Shown: positions 26,478 to 39,316, numbered from the stretch's first letter. The stretch: 64,000 bases of DNA from Candidatus Berkelbacteria bacterium (GCA_026397135.1 JAPLVL010000001.1:12753-76752), one strand, 5' to 3'. Numbers and translations are program-made. Notes: a model not told the origin generated them from the letters alone.

Positions 26478-27557
26478 GTGATTTTTATTATGAACAACGA
26501 AAAACTACAATCTATTCTCGATCATTACAACACTCTTGGCAAAAGCCTCGAAGACCCAGCAACGATGCAAAATCAAGCAGAATTTACCAAAATTGCCCGC
26601 GAGAAAGCCAGCCTTTCTGATCTTGCAAACTTAATTAGGCGTTATTTTGGTATTCTCGAAAACCTCAAAGAAAGCAATGAACTTCTCGAATCAGACGATG
26701 AAGAGCTGAAAGAAATGGCCAAAGAGGAAATCTCCAGTTTAAACCAAGAAAAAGAAGCTTTGACAAAAAATTTAGAAATTGCTCTCCTGCCAACTGACCC
26801 CAATGATGACAAAAATGTTATCATCGAAATCAGACCAGGCGCCGGTGGTGACGAATCGGAACTTTTCGCCGCTGAAATTTTTCGTATGTACACTAGATAT
26901 GCAGAGCGCTTAGGTTGGCACACCAATATTTTAACCTCTCAAACAACGGGGATCGGTGGAATCAAAGAAATTTCATTTGAAATCAGCGGCGACAAAGTAT
27001 ATTCAAAGATGAAATATGAGTCAGGTGTTCATCGCGTTCAGCGTGTGCCGGAGACAGAAAAACAGGGTCGGGTTCATACTTCAACCGTCACTGTTGCAGT
27101 ACTTCCTGAGGCAGAAGAGGCTGACATTGAAATCAAAAATGAAGATCTTCGAATCGACACATATTGTGCCGGCGGACATGGCGGCCAATCGGTCAATACA
27201 ACATACTCAGCCGTCAGAATCACCCATATTCCCACAGGTACAGTTGTGGTTTGCCAAGACGAACGAAGCCAGTTGAAGAACAGAGACAAGGCGATGAGTA
27301 TTTTGCGCTCTAGAATCATGGCCGATCGCGAAGAAAAAGCTGCTCGCGAACGCGGCGATATCCGCAGATCCCAGGTCGGAACAGGGGACAGATCTGAAAA
27401 AATCAGAACTTATAACTTCCCACAGGATCGCGTCACCGATCATCGAATCAATCAATCTTGGCATTCACTCCCAAACATTATGGATGGCGAGATCGAGCCT
27501 ATTATTTCCTCGCTAATGAACGAAGATCAGGCACGAAAACTGGCCGCCAGTGAGTGA
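26478..27557 (+). CDS. prfA: Peptide chain release factor 1
   Basis: 359 aa. GGQ motif ([11 protein letters not shown]) and an RF1-type P-x-T codon-recognition loop ([17 protein letters not shown]). Confidence 0.9.
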   Translation: MIFIMNNEKLQSILDHYNTLGKSLEDPATMQNQAEFTKIAREKASLSDLANLIRRYFGILENLKESNELLESDDEELKEMAKEEISSLNQEKEALTKNLEIALLPTDPNDDKNVIIEIRPGAGGDESELFAAEIFRMYTRYAERLGWHTNILTSQTTGIGGIKEISFEISGDKVYSKMKYESGVHRVQRVPETEKQGRVHTSTVTVAVLPEAEEADIEIKNEDLRIDTYCAGGHGGQSVNTTYSAVRITHIPTGTVVVCQDERSQLKNRDKAMSILRSRIMADREEKAARERGDIRRSQVGTGDRSEKIRTYNFPQDRVTDHRINQSWHSLPNIMDGEIEPIISSLMNEDQARKLAASE

Positions 27558-28599
27558 TTTTTTGATGAATTTATCACAAACGAATAAAAAACTATTTGAG
27601 TTATTTAAGTCAGCCAAATCACCAAATCCAGAGCTTGATGCTTCTATAATTCTGGAATTTGTTTTGAAGATCAAAAGGGCAGAGGCACTCACCCACCCCA
27701 AGCTAATTCTCAAGGAGAGCCAAACTGCCAAGATTTTCAAACTCGCGAAAAGACGCTTAATTGGTGAACCTATCGCCTACCTCACTAACCACAAAGAATT
27801 TTTTGGGTATGATTTTTTCGTAAACAAAAATGTCCTTATCCCCCGCCCCGAGAGTGAATGGCTAATTGAGCATTCGCTCGAGCTTATAAAGTCCAAGGTC
27901 CAAAAAGTTGAAGGCAGATTTCATATTCTTGATCTCGGCACCGGTTCCGGCTGCCTAATCATATCGCTAGTGAGTCAGTTAATCAGCGAGCCAGCGACTG
28001 GGCTATTTAATTTTTTCGCGAGCGATGTTTCGAGCAAAGCCATCGTAGTTGCCAAGAAAAATAGCAAAACTTTACTTAGCCGTCATTCTGAAAGAAGTGA
28101 AGAGTCCTATAAAGGTGAGGGGATCCTTCGCCATGCTCAGAATGACACAATCAAATTTATTCATTCTAGCCTCTTCTCCAACCATCTACTTCGCAAGAAA
28201 TTTGATCTCATTATCGCCAATCTCCCCTATGTGCCCATCACCGATTATCATCTCGACTCTTCGACACTTTCGTCGAAGTTGGAGAGATCTTCTACTGAAG
28301 AAAATTATATAAAATTGCAAGATCTCTCGACTCCACTTCGTTCCACTCGAGATGACAATGGTATTGCATTCGAGCCAGCCTCCGCGATTTTTGCACAAGA
28401 CAACGGAGCCGAGATCATCAAAATATTTTTATCCGAATCGCTAAAATATTTAGCCAAGAACGGAGTCATCTTAATCGAACTTGATCCTCGCAATGCAATC
28501 GAACTGGAGAAATTTTCCAGAAAAACCTATCCGAACGCCAAAATAAAACTCGAAAAAGATCTGGCTGGGCTTGATCGGTATCTCTCGATAGAAAACTAA
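27550..28599 (+). CDS. prmC: Release-factor glutamine N5-methyltransferase (PrmC/HemK) with a large internal insertion
   Basis: 349 aa. SAM-binding [15 protein letters not shown] and catalytic IANLPYVP (NPPY variant), with ~90 extra residues between them. Overlaps prfA by 8 nt. Confidence 0.8.
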   Translation: MSDFLMNLSQTNKKLFELFKSAKSPNPELDASIILEFVLKIKRAEALTHPKLILKESQTAKIFKLAKRRLIGEPIAYLTNHKEFFGYDFFVNKNVLIPRPESEWLIEHSLELIKSKVQKVEGRFHILDLGTGSGCLIISLVSQLISEPATGLFNFFASDVSSKAIVVAKKNSKTLLSRHSERSEESYKGEGILRHAQNDTIKFIHSSLFSNHLLRKKFDLIIANLPYVPITDYHLDSSTLSSKLERSSTEENYIKLQDLSTPLRSTRDDNGIAFEPASAIFAQDNGAEIIKIFLSESLKYLAKNGVILIELDPRNAIELEKFSRKTYPNAKIKLEKDLAGLDRYLSIEN

Positions 28600-28600
28600 A

Positions 28601-28630
28601 AGAATCCGCCATGATGGCGGATTCTTTTAG
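28601..28630 (+). terminator. Rho-independent terminator of prmC
   Basis: agaatccgcc atgat ggcggattct tttag: 10-bp stem followed by a T-run. Confidence 0.6.
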
Positions 28631-28736
28631 AGATATTTACCTTTTCATACTTTTATCAGATTCGTAATTGCGTAGGAAGTCTGAAATATTTGTAAATTCG
28701 TAATTTAGTCTGATTCGTACTTTGGTAGGAGTAAGA

Positions 28737-29957
28737 CTACTTACTTTCTTCCAAAGTTAATTTGACATCTTTTTCTTTACTCTTCGAAAGCACTTTCAAG
28801 GTAATCGTGTCGCCAACTTGATGTTGTTGGATCAAGTTTACAAGTGGGTGATCCTCATCGACAGTTTGTCCGTCAATGGATTCAATAATATCATTTGCTT
28901 GCAAACCCGCCTTGTCAGCCGGAGAGCCAGGAATTACAGCGTAATCAAGAAAGCCACCTGTACTTGTAATGATTGCACCATGGTCAAGTGGCAAGCTGTA
29001 CTGTTTGGCCATATCAGGTGTGATATCGTAATACTTTACTCCGATATATGGTCTGATGATTCGCCCTGTTTTCTTGATGCTGTCGATTGCCGATTTGGCC
29101 GCATTGATCGGGATAGCAAAACCAATTCCCTGAGCATTCGAAGCGACTGCCGTATTTATCCCTACAACTTGACCAGCAAGATTCACGAGTGGGCCACCAG
29201 AATTTCCTGAATTTATAGCAGTATCAGTTTGAAGCAAACCAGACAATTGTTCCGACGAACTGGAACCGCTAGAGCTGGAAGCACTTATTTTTCGATCTTT
29301 TGCTGAAATAATTCCAGCAGTGACAGTATTTTGGAATTGACCTAGGGCATTGCCAACAGCAACTACCCACTGCCCGACCTTGAGTTGATCTGAGTCACCG
29401 AGATCAACAACTGGCAAAGAATGAGCGTCTATTTTCACAACAGCCAAATCGTTGACTGGGTCGAGAGATTGCACTTTTGCATCATAAGTTTTGCCATCAA
29501 GCATAATCACCTGATAAGTCGCGTTTGCGTCTGAAACGACATGTTTGTTGGTCAAGATCAAACCGTCCGCTGTAATGATAAAGCCTGTCCCAGCTCCCTG
29601 TTGCTCTACAGTCTGGCCAAAGATGTTAGTCGCGGTAGATTTTGCTGTGATTGAGACTACTGAGTTTGAAACTTTGTTTGCAACATCAATAATTGAACTT
29701 GACTCCTCGACCACTATCTTTTCTGTCTTGGTTGTGGGAATTGTCAAATTTTTAAAGCTACTTAGACCCAGTTTTGAAGCAATAGCACCACTATCAGCCG
29801 AGAACAGCAAGACACCACCCACTCCACCGATGCCACCAGCGATAAAAATCAGGAGGACAGCCAAAATCATAAAAACAAGTTGCGCTGTCTTTCTCTTTTT
29901 CCCTGGTTGAATCAATGATTCCCTCGGATCCTTTTCCTCAAACTCAATCTTTGCCAT
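28737..29957 (-). CDS. htrA: HtrA/DegP-family serine protease (trypsin-like + PDZ), N-terminal TM anchor
   Basis: 406 aa. GNSGGPLVN catalytic-Ser motif, His/Asp context and a C-terminal PDZ domain. Confidence 0.9.
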   Translation of the reverse strand: MAKIEFEEKDPRESLIQPGKKRKTAQLVFMILAVLLIFIAGGIGGVGGVLLFSADSGAIASKLGLSSFKNLTIPTTKTEKIVVEESSSIIDVANKVSNSVVSITAKSTATNIFGQTVEQQGAGTGFIITADGLILTNKHVVSDANATYQVIMLDGKTYDAKVQSLDPVNDLAVVKIDAHSLPVVDLGDSDQLKVGQWVVAVGNALGQFQNTVTAGIISAKDRKISASSSSGSSSSEQLSGLLQTDTAINSGNSGGPLVNLAGQVVGINTAVASNAQGIGFAIPINAAKSAIDSIKKTGRIIRPYIGVKYYDITPDMAKQYSLPLDHGAIITSTGGFLDYAVIPGSPADKAGLQANDIIESIDGQTVDEDHPLVNLIQQHQVGDTITLKVLSKSKEKDVKLTLEESK

Positions 29958-30020
29958 AACAAAATTCCTCTATTTTTATTTTTGTATATTCAGAATTATT
30001 CCGCAGGCAAGTAGTCGAAA

Positions 30021-30281
30021 TTAAGACATTTTTTTCGCAACCAAATCAGCAGTGTCCTTAATTTTTTCTTTCGCAATCTCTTTGCCCTTCTCTACCATTT
30101 CCTTGCAATCTTTGGTGTACTCCTTTACCTTTTTGCCCAAAACCTCTCTGGTTTCCTTGCCACTTTGAGGTGCCAGAAGCAAACCGGCAGCAGCTCCTGC
30201 CAAAGCACCAAATACAACTCCCAAGAAAAATTTTCCTTCACTATTCGCCATCTGTCTCTCCTTTTTTATTGATATTTTCAA
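30021..30281 (-). CDS. YtxH-like (general stress) small membrane-associated protein
   Basis: FLGVVFGALAGAAAGLLLAPQSGKETRE matches the YtxH GxxxGxxxG…APxSG pattern. Confidence 0.6.
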   Translation of the reverse strand: MKISIKKERQMANSEGKFFLGVVFGALAGAAAGLLLAPQSGKETREVLGKKVKEYTKDCKEMVEKGKEIAKEKIKDTADLVAKKMS

Positions 30282-30531
30282 CGAAATGCTTGATTGATTT
30301 TACAATACCAAGCGAATAAACAAATCCACTAACAGTATCACGCCAGCCAGAAAGTGTTGCCTTCAGTTCGTCGACTTTCTGATCCATTTCCAAAACTCTC
30401 TTGGCAACAGTTTGGGTAATTTTCTTAATATCATCGAGAATATCAAAACATCGCCACAAAACTGCAATCAGACAAACCACCGCAACAATCAAAACTATCA
30501 ATAATATTTGAACCAATACAGTCGTTACCAT
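30241..30531 (-). CDS. DUF948 (YtxG-like) membrane/coiled-coil protein
   Basis: 96 aa: N-terminal TM then coiled coil, paired with a YtxH-like gene as in Firmicutes ytxGH. Confidence 0.5.
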   Translation of the reverse strand: MVTTVLVQILLIVLIVAVVCLIAVLWRCFDILDDIKKITQTVAKRVLEMDQKVDELKATLSGWRDTVSGFVYSLGIVKSIKHFVENINKKGETDGE

Positions 30532-30645
30532 CTTGCCTCCTTATTAATCCAATGTGTGATTAAATTATATACACAAGTATATGGCAACTCAATATCTGTC
30601 TATATTTATTGTTGCCCAATTTACTTAAAAATTGCTGAGAAATAA

Positions 30646-31101
30646 TTACTTTTTGCGTTCAATTACAGTCCAGCCATTCGCATTGTCGATTTTCGAGTTT
30701 GGTACTACATTGATAAGCCCATTGTCCGAAAGTATCCGAACTTTTCTGACATCAATTCCCTGAATTATACCCTCAACATCGCCCACCTTGATTCGAAACC
30801 CAACCTCAAAGTCGCGATCTTTGGCCAGAGATAGACCAGCAATTACATCACTGGCCAGAGCAGAAGCGCCGCTGGCAATAGCAAAACCAAAGGCAACAGC
30901 AGAGCCAGAAATGGCGATTGCCAAATTTGAAAGCCCCAAAAGGGTAGCGATTTCCGCAGCAAATAAAACCCAAAGGAAAACTGAAGCTAGGGATGTCAGA
31001 AGCTCCCTCATAGCATGATTGAGACGAAACAATTTCAAAATCCTCTTCAAGAAGAATTGAGCTAATCGAATCAAAATATAGCCGAGAATAATAGCAACCA
31101 A
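30646..31101 (-). CDS. Small MscS-like mechanosensitive channel family protein
   Basis: 151 aa. TM region followed by a beta-domain: RIKVGDVEGIIQGIDVRKVRILSDNGLINVVPNSKI, cf. the MscS IGDWV…IPNS region. Confidence 0.65.
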   Translation of the reverse strand: MVAIILGYILIRLAQFFLKRILKLFRLNHAMRELLTSLASVFLWVLFAAEIATLLGLSNLAIAISGSAVAFGFAIASGASALASDVIAGLSLAKDRDFEVGFRIKVGDVEGIIQGIDVRKVRILSDNGLINVVPNSKIDNANGWTVIERKK

Positions 31102-31165
31102 AACATTCGGTAATTTCGGAATTACTGCTTCAAAGATTGAGATAAAACGCTCACCACGCTTGTTA

Positions 31166-32608
31166 TCATTTAGTCTCCAATTTTTCTCTTAATAATTGAT
31201 TTAATTTTTGTGGATTCGCCTTCCCCTGCGTCTCTTTCATCAATTTCCCCATGAAAAATCCGAAAAGCTGCTTCTCACCCTGACGGTATCGGTTTAATTC
31301 ATTTGGATTTTTTTCGATAATATCAGTAATCAGGGTTCCAATTTTTTCATCATCAAATTCATTCATTTCTGAATCAATAATTGACTTAATTTCCAGATAT
31401 GTCATTTCTGGATTTGCCAGAGCTTTTTCAAATATTTTTCGCATCGCACTTTTTGTGCTTCTGTTCTTAATTACCTCAGCCTTGAAATCAATTTCACCCA
31501 CTGCATTACCTTTTAGATCACCAAAATAGGTGGGTAATTGCGCGATCGCTTCTGCAATATCAATGCAATAATCGTCTCCGATTCTTTGACGTAAAAGTAT
31601 GAAAGAATCATACCATTTGTTATTAAGTGCGATGGTACCAGCATAAGTTCCAGGAACATCTAAATCGCGCAGCAAGGTTAATTTCTGTTCAACATCCTCC
31701 TTCAATTCTGATCTTAATTTATTCAGATCAAATACACTACTTTCAAATGGTGGCAAATCAGGGCAAGGGAAATAGCGATAATCAGCCGCTTCTTCCTTGC
31801 GCCTTTGAAGGTAAACTTTGTTATTCACACTGTCGTAACCCCAAGTCTCCTTAGACAGCTTCTTTGGCCGACTATCATACGTTTCAGCCAAATGAGCACG
31901 AACCAAAGTCAAAGCTTTTTCGACAAATTTGAAAGAATTTAAATTTTTCAATTCAATAATCGGAGACATAATAGTGCCATCAGTCAGGGAGATATTGGCG
32001 TCACAGCGCATATGACCCTTTTCCATACTGGCTTCAGAGACCTCTGAAACATCACGAACAATTTTCTGCAGTTTGCGCAGAAAATCCCCAGCCATTTCCG
32101 GCGAGGTAATATCAGGCTCAGTCACAATCTCCATGAGAGGTGTGCCAGCCCGATTTAAATCTACCAAACTTTTCCCGCCAGAGTGAATTAGTTTTCCTGC
32201 ATCCTCTTCGAGATGTATCCGATTCAATCTAATTTTTATAGTTTCTTCCTTGCTATTTGAAGTTTGGTATTTGTAATTTGACATTTCGACCCGTCCATGG
32301 GTTGCGAACGGCTCGTCATACTGTGATATCTGATAGCCTTTTGGCAGGTCAGGGTAAAAGTAGTGCTTGCGGTCAAATTTCGCAACTTTGGCAATCTCGC
32401 AATCAAGAGCAAGTCCAGTCTTGATGGTCCATTCAATTGCTTGATAATTCGCAACCGGCAGTGCGCCAGGCAAACCCAAACAGACCGGGCAAACTACCGT
32501 ATTTGGCGCCTTGCCTTCTGCAAAATTATCACAGCGACAAAACATCTTGCTCTTTGTCTTGAGCTGAACATGAATTTCCAATCCGATTGTAGTTTTTAGA
32601 TCTTTCAT
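31166..32608 (-). CDS. gatB: Asp/Glu-tRNA(Asn/Gln) amidotransferase subunit B
   Basis: 480 aa. MKDLKTTIGLEIHVQL…FCRCDN…VCPVCLGLPGALPV N-terminus. Confidence 0.9.
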   Translation of the reverse strand: MKDLKTTIGLEIHVQLKTKSKMFCRCDNFAEGKAPNTVVCPVCLGLPGALPVANYQAIEWTIKTGLALDCEIAKVAKFDRKHYFYPDLPKGYQISQYDEPFATHGRVEMSNYKYQTSNSKEETIKIRLNRIHLEEDAGKLIHSGGKSLVDLNRAGTPLMEIVTEPDITSPEMAGDFLRKLQKIVRDVSEVSEASMEKGHMRCDANISLTDGTIMSPIIELKNLNSFKFVEKALTLVRAHLAETYDSRPKKLSKETWGYDSVNNKVYLQRRKEEAADYRYFPCPDLPPFESSVFDLNKLRSELKEDVEQKLTLLRDLDVPGTYAGTIALNNKWYDSFILLRQRIGDDYCIDIAEAIAQLPTYFGDLKGNAVGEIDFKAEVIKNRSTKSAMRKIFEKALANPEMTYLEIKSIIDSEMNEFDDEKIGTLITDIIEKNPNELNRYRQGEKQLFGFFMGKLMKETQGKANPQKLNQLLREKLETK

Positions 32609-32611
32609 AAT

Positions 32612-33031
32612 TTATTGTTTTAGTTCTTCCTCTGTAAATTTGCCCACCGTTCTCATTTTGTTATAAATAGCTCCAACCTTCTCAAAATAATCCTCCAAGA
32701 ACTCAAGATCAAGCTCTGTCACCATACCAGGCTGCTTGGATTTTATCTCTTTGTATCTTTTCACTTCTTCTTGGGAAAGCTGAAGTTCAGTTATGAAATT
32801 ATTTAAGCTCTCATCAAAACGCTTGAAATAAGCGCTCTCTACTTCGTCTTCCTCGATATTGTACTGCTTAAGCAATTCTGACGTCTTTGAGTTTATATCT
32901 CTTCCTCCCATTTCGATAGAATGCAAGAAATTGTTGTATTTAACGGCTTTGTCGGAAATTATTTGATGAGCTGCCTGATATTTTGGATCATTTTGTCCAT
33001 CGAAATCTGGACGAAATTCATCAAAACTCAT
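32612..33031 (-). CDS. Hypothetical acidic helical protein
   Basis: 139 aa, no recognisable motif. Overlaps its neighbour by 4 nt. Confidence 0.4.
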   Translation of the reverse strand: MSFDEFRPDFDGQNDPKYQAAHQIISDKAVKYNNFLHSIEMGGRDINSKTSELLKQYNIEEDEVESAYFKRFDESLNNFITELQLSQEEVKRYKEIKSKQPGMVTELDLEFLEDYFEKVGAIYNKMRTVGKFTEEELKQ

Positions 33032-33489
33032 ATTTGCCTTATATATTTTAATAACTTCTCCGTTGCACCTCGCAATTCATTTTGCGATATTTGATTCTCC
33101 GTCTCGTGAGCTATTTGATTTCTGATTTTGTGACCCTGCCAAATTTCCTGATATAGATTTTGGTTTATATAAGATTCAGCATTGCGCAATCGATCAGCAA
33201 ATGTCTCCCCTCTGTAGCCTTTTGCCTTCAAGACATAATCAACCAGCTTGTCCGCTTCCATTACCGCATGTTTTTGCTCGATAACAGATTGACTATCAAC
33301 AAATTGTTCAATTTCAAGTCGTTTGCGTGCAATGAAGTTGCGATCGGCTACGGACAGACCAGATTTGGCTCTACCCCACCTAATTCCCCTAAATGGCAAA
33401 CTAATAAGCCACCAAAGGAGTTTGAAGATACCCAGGAATATTGTGGAGATGATATCTTGTTGCTGATTTTTGGAATAATTTTTCGTCAT
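33028..33489 (-). CDS. Hypothetical membrane-anchored protein with a C-terminal Rx4H (HEPN-like) motif
   Basis: 153 aa. TM segment IISTIFLGIFKLLWWLISLPF. C-terminal HKIRNQIAHE contains R-x4-H; this is weak evidence on its own. Confidence 0.35.
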   Translation of the reverse strand: MTKNYSKNQQQDIISTIFLGIFKLLWWLISLPFRGIRWGRAKSGLSVADRNFIARKRLEIEQFVDSQSVIEQKHAVMEADKLVDYVLKAKGYRGETFADRLRNAESYINQNLYQEIWQGHKIRNQIAHETENQISQNELRGATEKLLKYIRQI

Positions 33490-34227
33490 TTATTTCAATT
33501 CAATTGATTTAATATAAATAGGATCAACTGGCTTATCGTTGCTATCGGTTTTGACTTCGGAAATTACTTTCGCCACATCCAGACCCTTCGTCACATGAGC
33601 AAAGACAGTATGTTGACCGTTCAGATGAGGCTGATCCTTCTCTGTTACAATAAAGAATTGACTACCATTTGTATTTGGTCCGGAATTTGCCATCGCCACC
33701 GAGCCAACCTGAACCGGATGCGAAGTCAAATTATAATTATAGGCATAGCCTTTGTCAGTGTATGTTTTAATATCACTATCGGTCATATTCAATGACTTCG
33801 GATTGATTTCGTCTGCAAAGGTTCCTCCCCAAATACTTGCACCCCCAGTACCATCGCCTTTGGGATCACCGCCTTGGATCATGAAGCCTTTGATCACACG
33901 GTGCCAGGTCAGCCCGTTGTAGTACCCTTCAGCAGTCAATTTCGAAAAATTTTCAACCGTTTTGGGTGTAGAATCAGTATAGAAAGAAATTTCGATGTCA
34001 CCCTTGGAAGTGTGAATAATCGCTTGATCCCCATAGACCAAATCATCTTTCTTTACAAACGGAAAAGCAACTAGCGCAACAAAACAAAGCGCATAAACCC
34101 AAAAATCAAACCGCCGCCAGAAAAACAACCAGGGGATCTTCGACTCTTCGGCCTTTTGGCGATAAGTCTTCTTCTCTGTTTCTAGTTTTTCCTTCTTCTC
34201 CCTCCGTAGCTGTGAATTCTTGCCCAT
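33490..34227 (-). CDS. ppiB: Cyclophilin-type peptidyl-prolyl cis-trans isomerase with N-terminal TM anchor
   Basis: 245 aa. FHRVIKGFMIQGGDP-type core (WHRVIKGFMIQGGDP here). Confidence 0.9.
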   Translation of the reverse strand: MGKNSQLRREKKEKLETEKKTYRQKAEESKIPWLFFWRRFDFWVYALCFVALVAFPFVKKDDLVYGDQAIIHTSKGDIEISFYTDSTPKTVENFSKLTAEGYYNGLTWHRVIKGFMIQGGDPKGDGTGGASIWGGTFADEINPKSLNMTDSDIKTYTDKGYAYNYNLTSHPVQVGSVAMANSGPNTNGSQFFIVTEKDQPHLNGQHTVFAHVTKGLDVAKVISEVKTDSNDKPVDPIYIKSIELK

Positions 34228-34237
34228 TTTTCCACCA

Positions 34238-34310
34238 GAATTAAGAATTAAGAATTAAGAATTAAGTAACATTTTACTTACTGCTTAATCCTTACTGCTT
34301 ACTACTGAAT
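34238..34310. repeat. Heptamer-periodic intercistronic repeat (attaagaattaagaattaagaattaag…cttactgcttaatccttactgcttact)
   Basis: Between the gatA end and the ppiB start; same family as at 23598 and 47490. Confidence 0.55.
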
Positions 34311-35828
34311 TTCCGGTTTTCTCTTGTGCCAATCAGTCGACTGCTGGAAAGTGTGACCCGCCATCAAAATTGTCTCTTCACTCCACATCGGACCGATCAA
34401 CTGAAGACCAACTGGCAAACTTTTGTCATCTTTTTCGACGAAGCCAGCTGGAATGCTGATTGCCGGCAAGCCAGCCGGATTGACCGGCACTGTCATAATA
34501 TCCGAAAGATACATCGAGAGTGGATCGGCAGATTTCTCACCAAATTTGAATGGCAAAGTTGGTGAAACAGGAGTCGCCAAAAGATCAACTTCCTCAAATA
34601 TCTTTTCAAATTCAGCTTTGATCAAAGTTCGGACCCTCTGTGCCTTTTTGTAATAGGCGTCATAATATCCAGCCGACAAGACATAGCTCCCAAGCATAAT
34701 TCGGCGTTTAGTTTCGGCACCAAAACCCTCTTCCCTGCTCAAATTATAAACATCCTCTAGACTTTCAGCTTTAGACATTTGGCTTTCGGATTTCGATTTG
34801 AGGACAGAATGTCCAAACCGAATCCCATCATATCTTGCTAAATTCGAGCTAACTTCCGCAGGCATCAATATATAGTAAACTGCCAAGGCATAATGTACCA
34901 TCGGCAAAGATACTGGGACTATTTTTGCTCCCAATTTTTCAAATTCAGATATTGCATTTCGGACAACAGCCTCAACTTCACTATCCAGTCCTTCACCAAA
35001 AAACTCAGCAGAAACCCCAATTCTCATTGACTTTAGACTTTTCACCTTTAGCTTTTCGCAATAATTTGGAATTGGTTTGTCAGAACTAGTAGAGTCAAAT
35101 TTGTCGTAGCCAGAAATGATATTGAGCAAGATGGCTGCGTCTTCAACAGTCTTGGTCATTGGCCCAGCCTGGTCCAAAGAAGATGCCATTGCGATCGTGC
35201 CATAGCGCGAAACTCTGCCGTATGTTGGTTTCAAACCCGTAATTGAGCAAAGGCTGGCTGGCTGACGAATTGATCCACCGGTATCTGTCCCTATAGCTGC
35301 AACACAGAGATCTGCCGCTACCGCAGCCGCTGAACCACCTGAGGACCCACCAGGAATCCGGTCCAAGTCCCAAGGATTTCGAGTTGTGGAATCAAAATCA
35401 GTCGCAGTATTATAAGCAGAAGTCTCTGTCGATGAACCCATTGCGAATTGATCCAAGTTCGTCTTGCCAATCAAAACTGCGCCGGCTTCCCAGAGCTTTC
35501 GAGTCACAGTCGATTCATAAATCGGTACAAAATCATTCAAAATATTGGAAGCTGCCGTTGTCCTAACCCCTTTGGTCAAGAATAAGTCTTTGACCGCAAC
35601 CGGAATTCCATCAATTTCCGAGAGAGTCGCACCGTTTTTGCGACGCAGATCTGATTCTCTTGCCATTTCAAGCGCTTTTTCCTTGCAGAGAGTAATATAT
35701 GCACCAACTTTCGAATCAATCTCTTCAATGCGCTCGAAAATCGCTTCAGTTAATCTTTCTGAAGTAATCTCACCACTGGCGAGTTTCTCTGAAGCTTCTT
35801 TGATTGTAAATGAATACAGTTCGTTCAT
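34302..35828 (-). CDS. gatA: Glutamyl-tRNA(Gln) amidotransferase subunit A
   Basis: Amidase signature (GGSSGGSAAAVAA…). Track ORF extends to 35924; likely start MNELYSFTIKEA (~35828). Confidence 0.9.
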   Translation of the reverse strand: MNELYSFTIKEASEKLASGEITSERLTEAIFERIEEIDSKVGAYITLCKEKALEMARESDLRRKNGATLSEIDGIPVAVKDLFLTKGVRTTAASNILNDFVPIYESTVTRKLWEAGAVLIGKTNLDQFAMGSSTETSAYNTATDFDSTTRNPWDLDRIPGGSSGGSAAAVAADLCVAAIGTDTGGSIRQPASLCSITGLKPTYGRVSRYGTIAMASSLDQAGPMTKTVEDAAILLNIISGYDKFDSTSSDKPIPNYCEKLKVKSLKSMRIGVSAEFFGEGLDSEVEAVVRNAISEFEKLGAKIVPVSLPMVHYALAVYYILMPAEVSSNLARYDGIRFGHSVLKSKSESQMSKAESLEDVYNLSREEGFGAETKRRIMLGSYVLSAGYYDAYYKKAQRVRTLIKAEFEKIFEEVDLLATPVSPTLPFKFGEKSADPLSMYLSDIMTVPVNPAGLPAISIPAGFVEKDDKSLPVGLQLIGPMWSEETILMAGHTFQQSTDWHKRKPEIQ

Positions 35829-35871
35829 TAAATATTTGCAATTAGTAAAATTCGTTATTTGTATGGTTCGG

Positions 35872-36159
35872 TCACTCGAATACACCCGGCACAACAAAAC
35901 TGCCATCCTTGAATTCAGGGGCATTTTTTTCTAGGTCATCATATTTAAATCCGGAGTCCGAAACAGCATCATCACGCCAAATATTTTGAAGCCCAGTTAC
36001 ATTTGCAGTTGGCTCAACGCCAGTAGTGTCAATTTCACTTAGTTGCTCGACATATTCCAAAACACCAGAAAGTTGATCGGCATACAGAACAGTCTCTTTC
36101 TCCGATAATTCGAGACGAGACAGCTTCGCAATATGTTTAATTTCGTCCAAACTCAATTT
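35872..36159 (-). CDS. gatC: Asp/Glu-tRNA amidotransferase subunit C
   Basis: MSKLSLDEIKHIAKLSRLELSEKE is a typical GatC N-terminus. The track ORF has a spurious N-terminal extension to 36231. Confidence 0.85.
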   Translation of the reverse strand, partial: KLSLDEIKHIAKLSRLELSEKETVLYADQLSGVLEYVEQLSEIDTTGVEPTANVTGLQNIWRDDAVSDSGFKYDDLEKNAPEFKDGSFVVPGVFE

Positions 36160-36247
36160 ACTCATAATAAAATAAAAAAATATTAAACCGCTACTTGGCT
36201 TAATACTAGCATTATTCATCTCGTCATTCAACAGCGATTGTATTCAA

Positions 36248-37105
36248 TTATTCCTTCGGGGTTTCGATCGAGATTCCATCGCTTTTGCCAGGTTTTGGAA
36301 TATTGACAAGCTCCGGCCTTTTGTCCAAGCGACCGTGAGTCAAAGTGTACCAAACCATTCTAACCCCCTTAGGGATGAAGAAAAACAAATAACGCAAAAG
36401 AGCGAAGAATGTCCATTTGGCATACATTGCCTGAGTCTGATGATGAATCAGAGCGTGTCGCAAATCGGCTGCTGTTTTGCCTTCGAATAATGTATATCCC
36501 TTGCCAATCGCTTCCAAAATATGAGCATCACTTGCTCCTGTCTCAGCTTTGAACATCAATGTCCGATTCACAAATGCGGCCTGCAAATTTTCCTCACCCA
36601 AAGTCGGGGTAGCATTAACTATTTCAACACCGTCGAGGTGATCCTTTTCCCGCATCAGTGCTACAAAACCGATGCCATCCATCATAATAATTTTTGGATT
36701 TCGCCAGCGTGTATGCATGAAAGGATGAGCGGCAATAGCGACGCCCCCCTGCTCTTTGATTCGCTTGATTACAGTGTGAACCTCGAGACCTGGAGGAATT
36801 GGCTCTTTTAGAAATAAGCCCAGGATATGGCCTTCTTTGCTTGTGATTTCCTCTGCCAAAACAAGTTCAAAACGATAATTCTTCGTCTTCATCATTTCCT
36901 GTGCCAAGAAAGCGCCCTCCATCGTATCATGGTCAGCGATAGCTATAATATCTAAGTCGGTTTTGTTTTGAACATAATCAAGCACAGCCTCAACATCAGG
37001 CCGCCCGTCAGAATAGCAGGTATGAATATGAATATCGGCCTTGCTCAGATGAGCAATGTCTTGAAGTTTGTGAATTCCTTTGTGTTCCATAAATATATGA
37101 TACAA
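36248..37105 (-). CDS. PHP-domain metal-dependent phosphoesterase
   Basis: 285 aa. IHIHTCYSDG…IADHD PHP His motifs. Confidence 0.75.
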   Translation of the reverse strand: MYHIFMEHKGIHKLQDIAHLSKADIHIHTCYSDGRPDVEAVLDYVQNKTDLDIIAIADHDTMEGAFLAQEMMKTKNYRFELVLAEEITSKEGHILGLFLKEPIPPGLEVHTVIKRIKEQGGVAIAAHPFMHTRWRNPKIIMMDGIGFVALMREKDHLDGVEIVNATPTLGEENLQAAFVNRTLMFKAETGASDAHILEAIGKGYTLFEGKTAADLRHALIHHQTQAMYAKWTFFALLRYLFFFIPKGVRMVWYTLTHGRLDKRPELVNIPKPGKSDGISIETPKE

Positions 37106-37159
37106 AAATTAATGTATTAGAGCAATCTAACCACCTGGGGAAAGATCTTGCAGCAACTA

Positions 37160-39205
<2,046 letters not shown>

Positions 39206-39271
39206 TCAATAAATTATGAACATTTCATACCAATTCTACCCCTTTCACCTCATTTCTTCAAGAAAAAAGGT

Positions 39272-39298
39272 GCCCGGGAAAGTAATTATTCCCGGGCG
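39272..39298 (-). terminator. Rho-independent terminator of the 39317..39763 gene (8-bp GC stem + T-run on the minus strand)
   Basis: Minus sense: GCCCGGGAATAATTACTTTCCCGGGCACCTTTTTTCTT. Confidence 0.6.
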
Positions 39299-39316
39299 AA
39301 AAAGCAAAACTATAGG

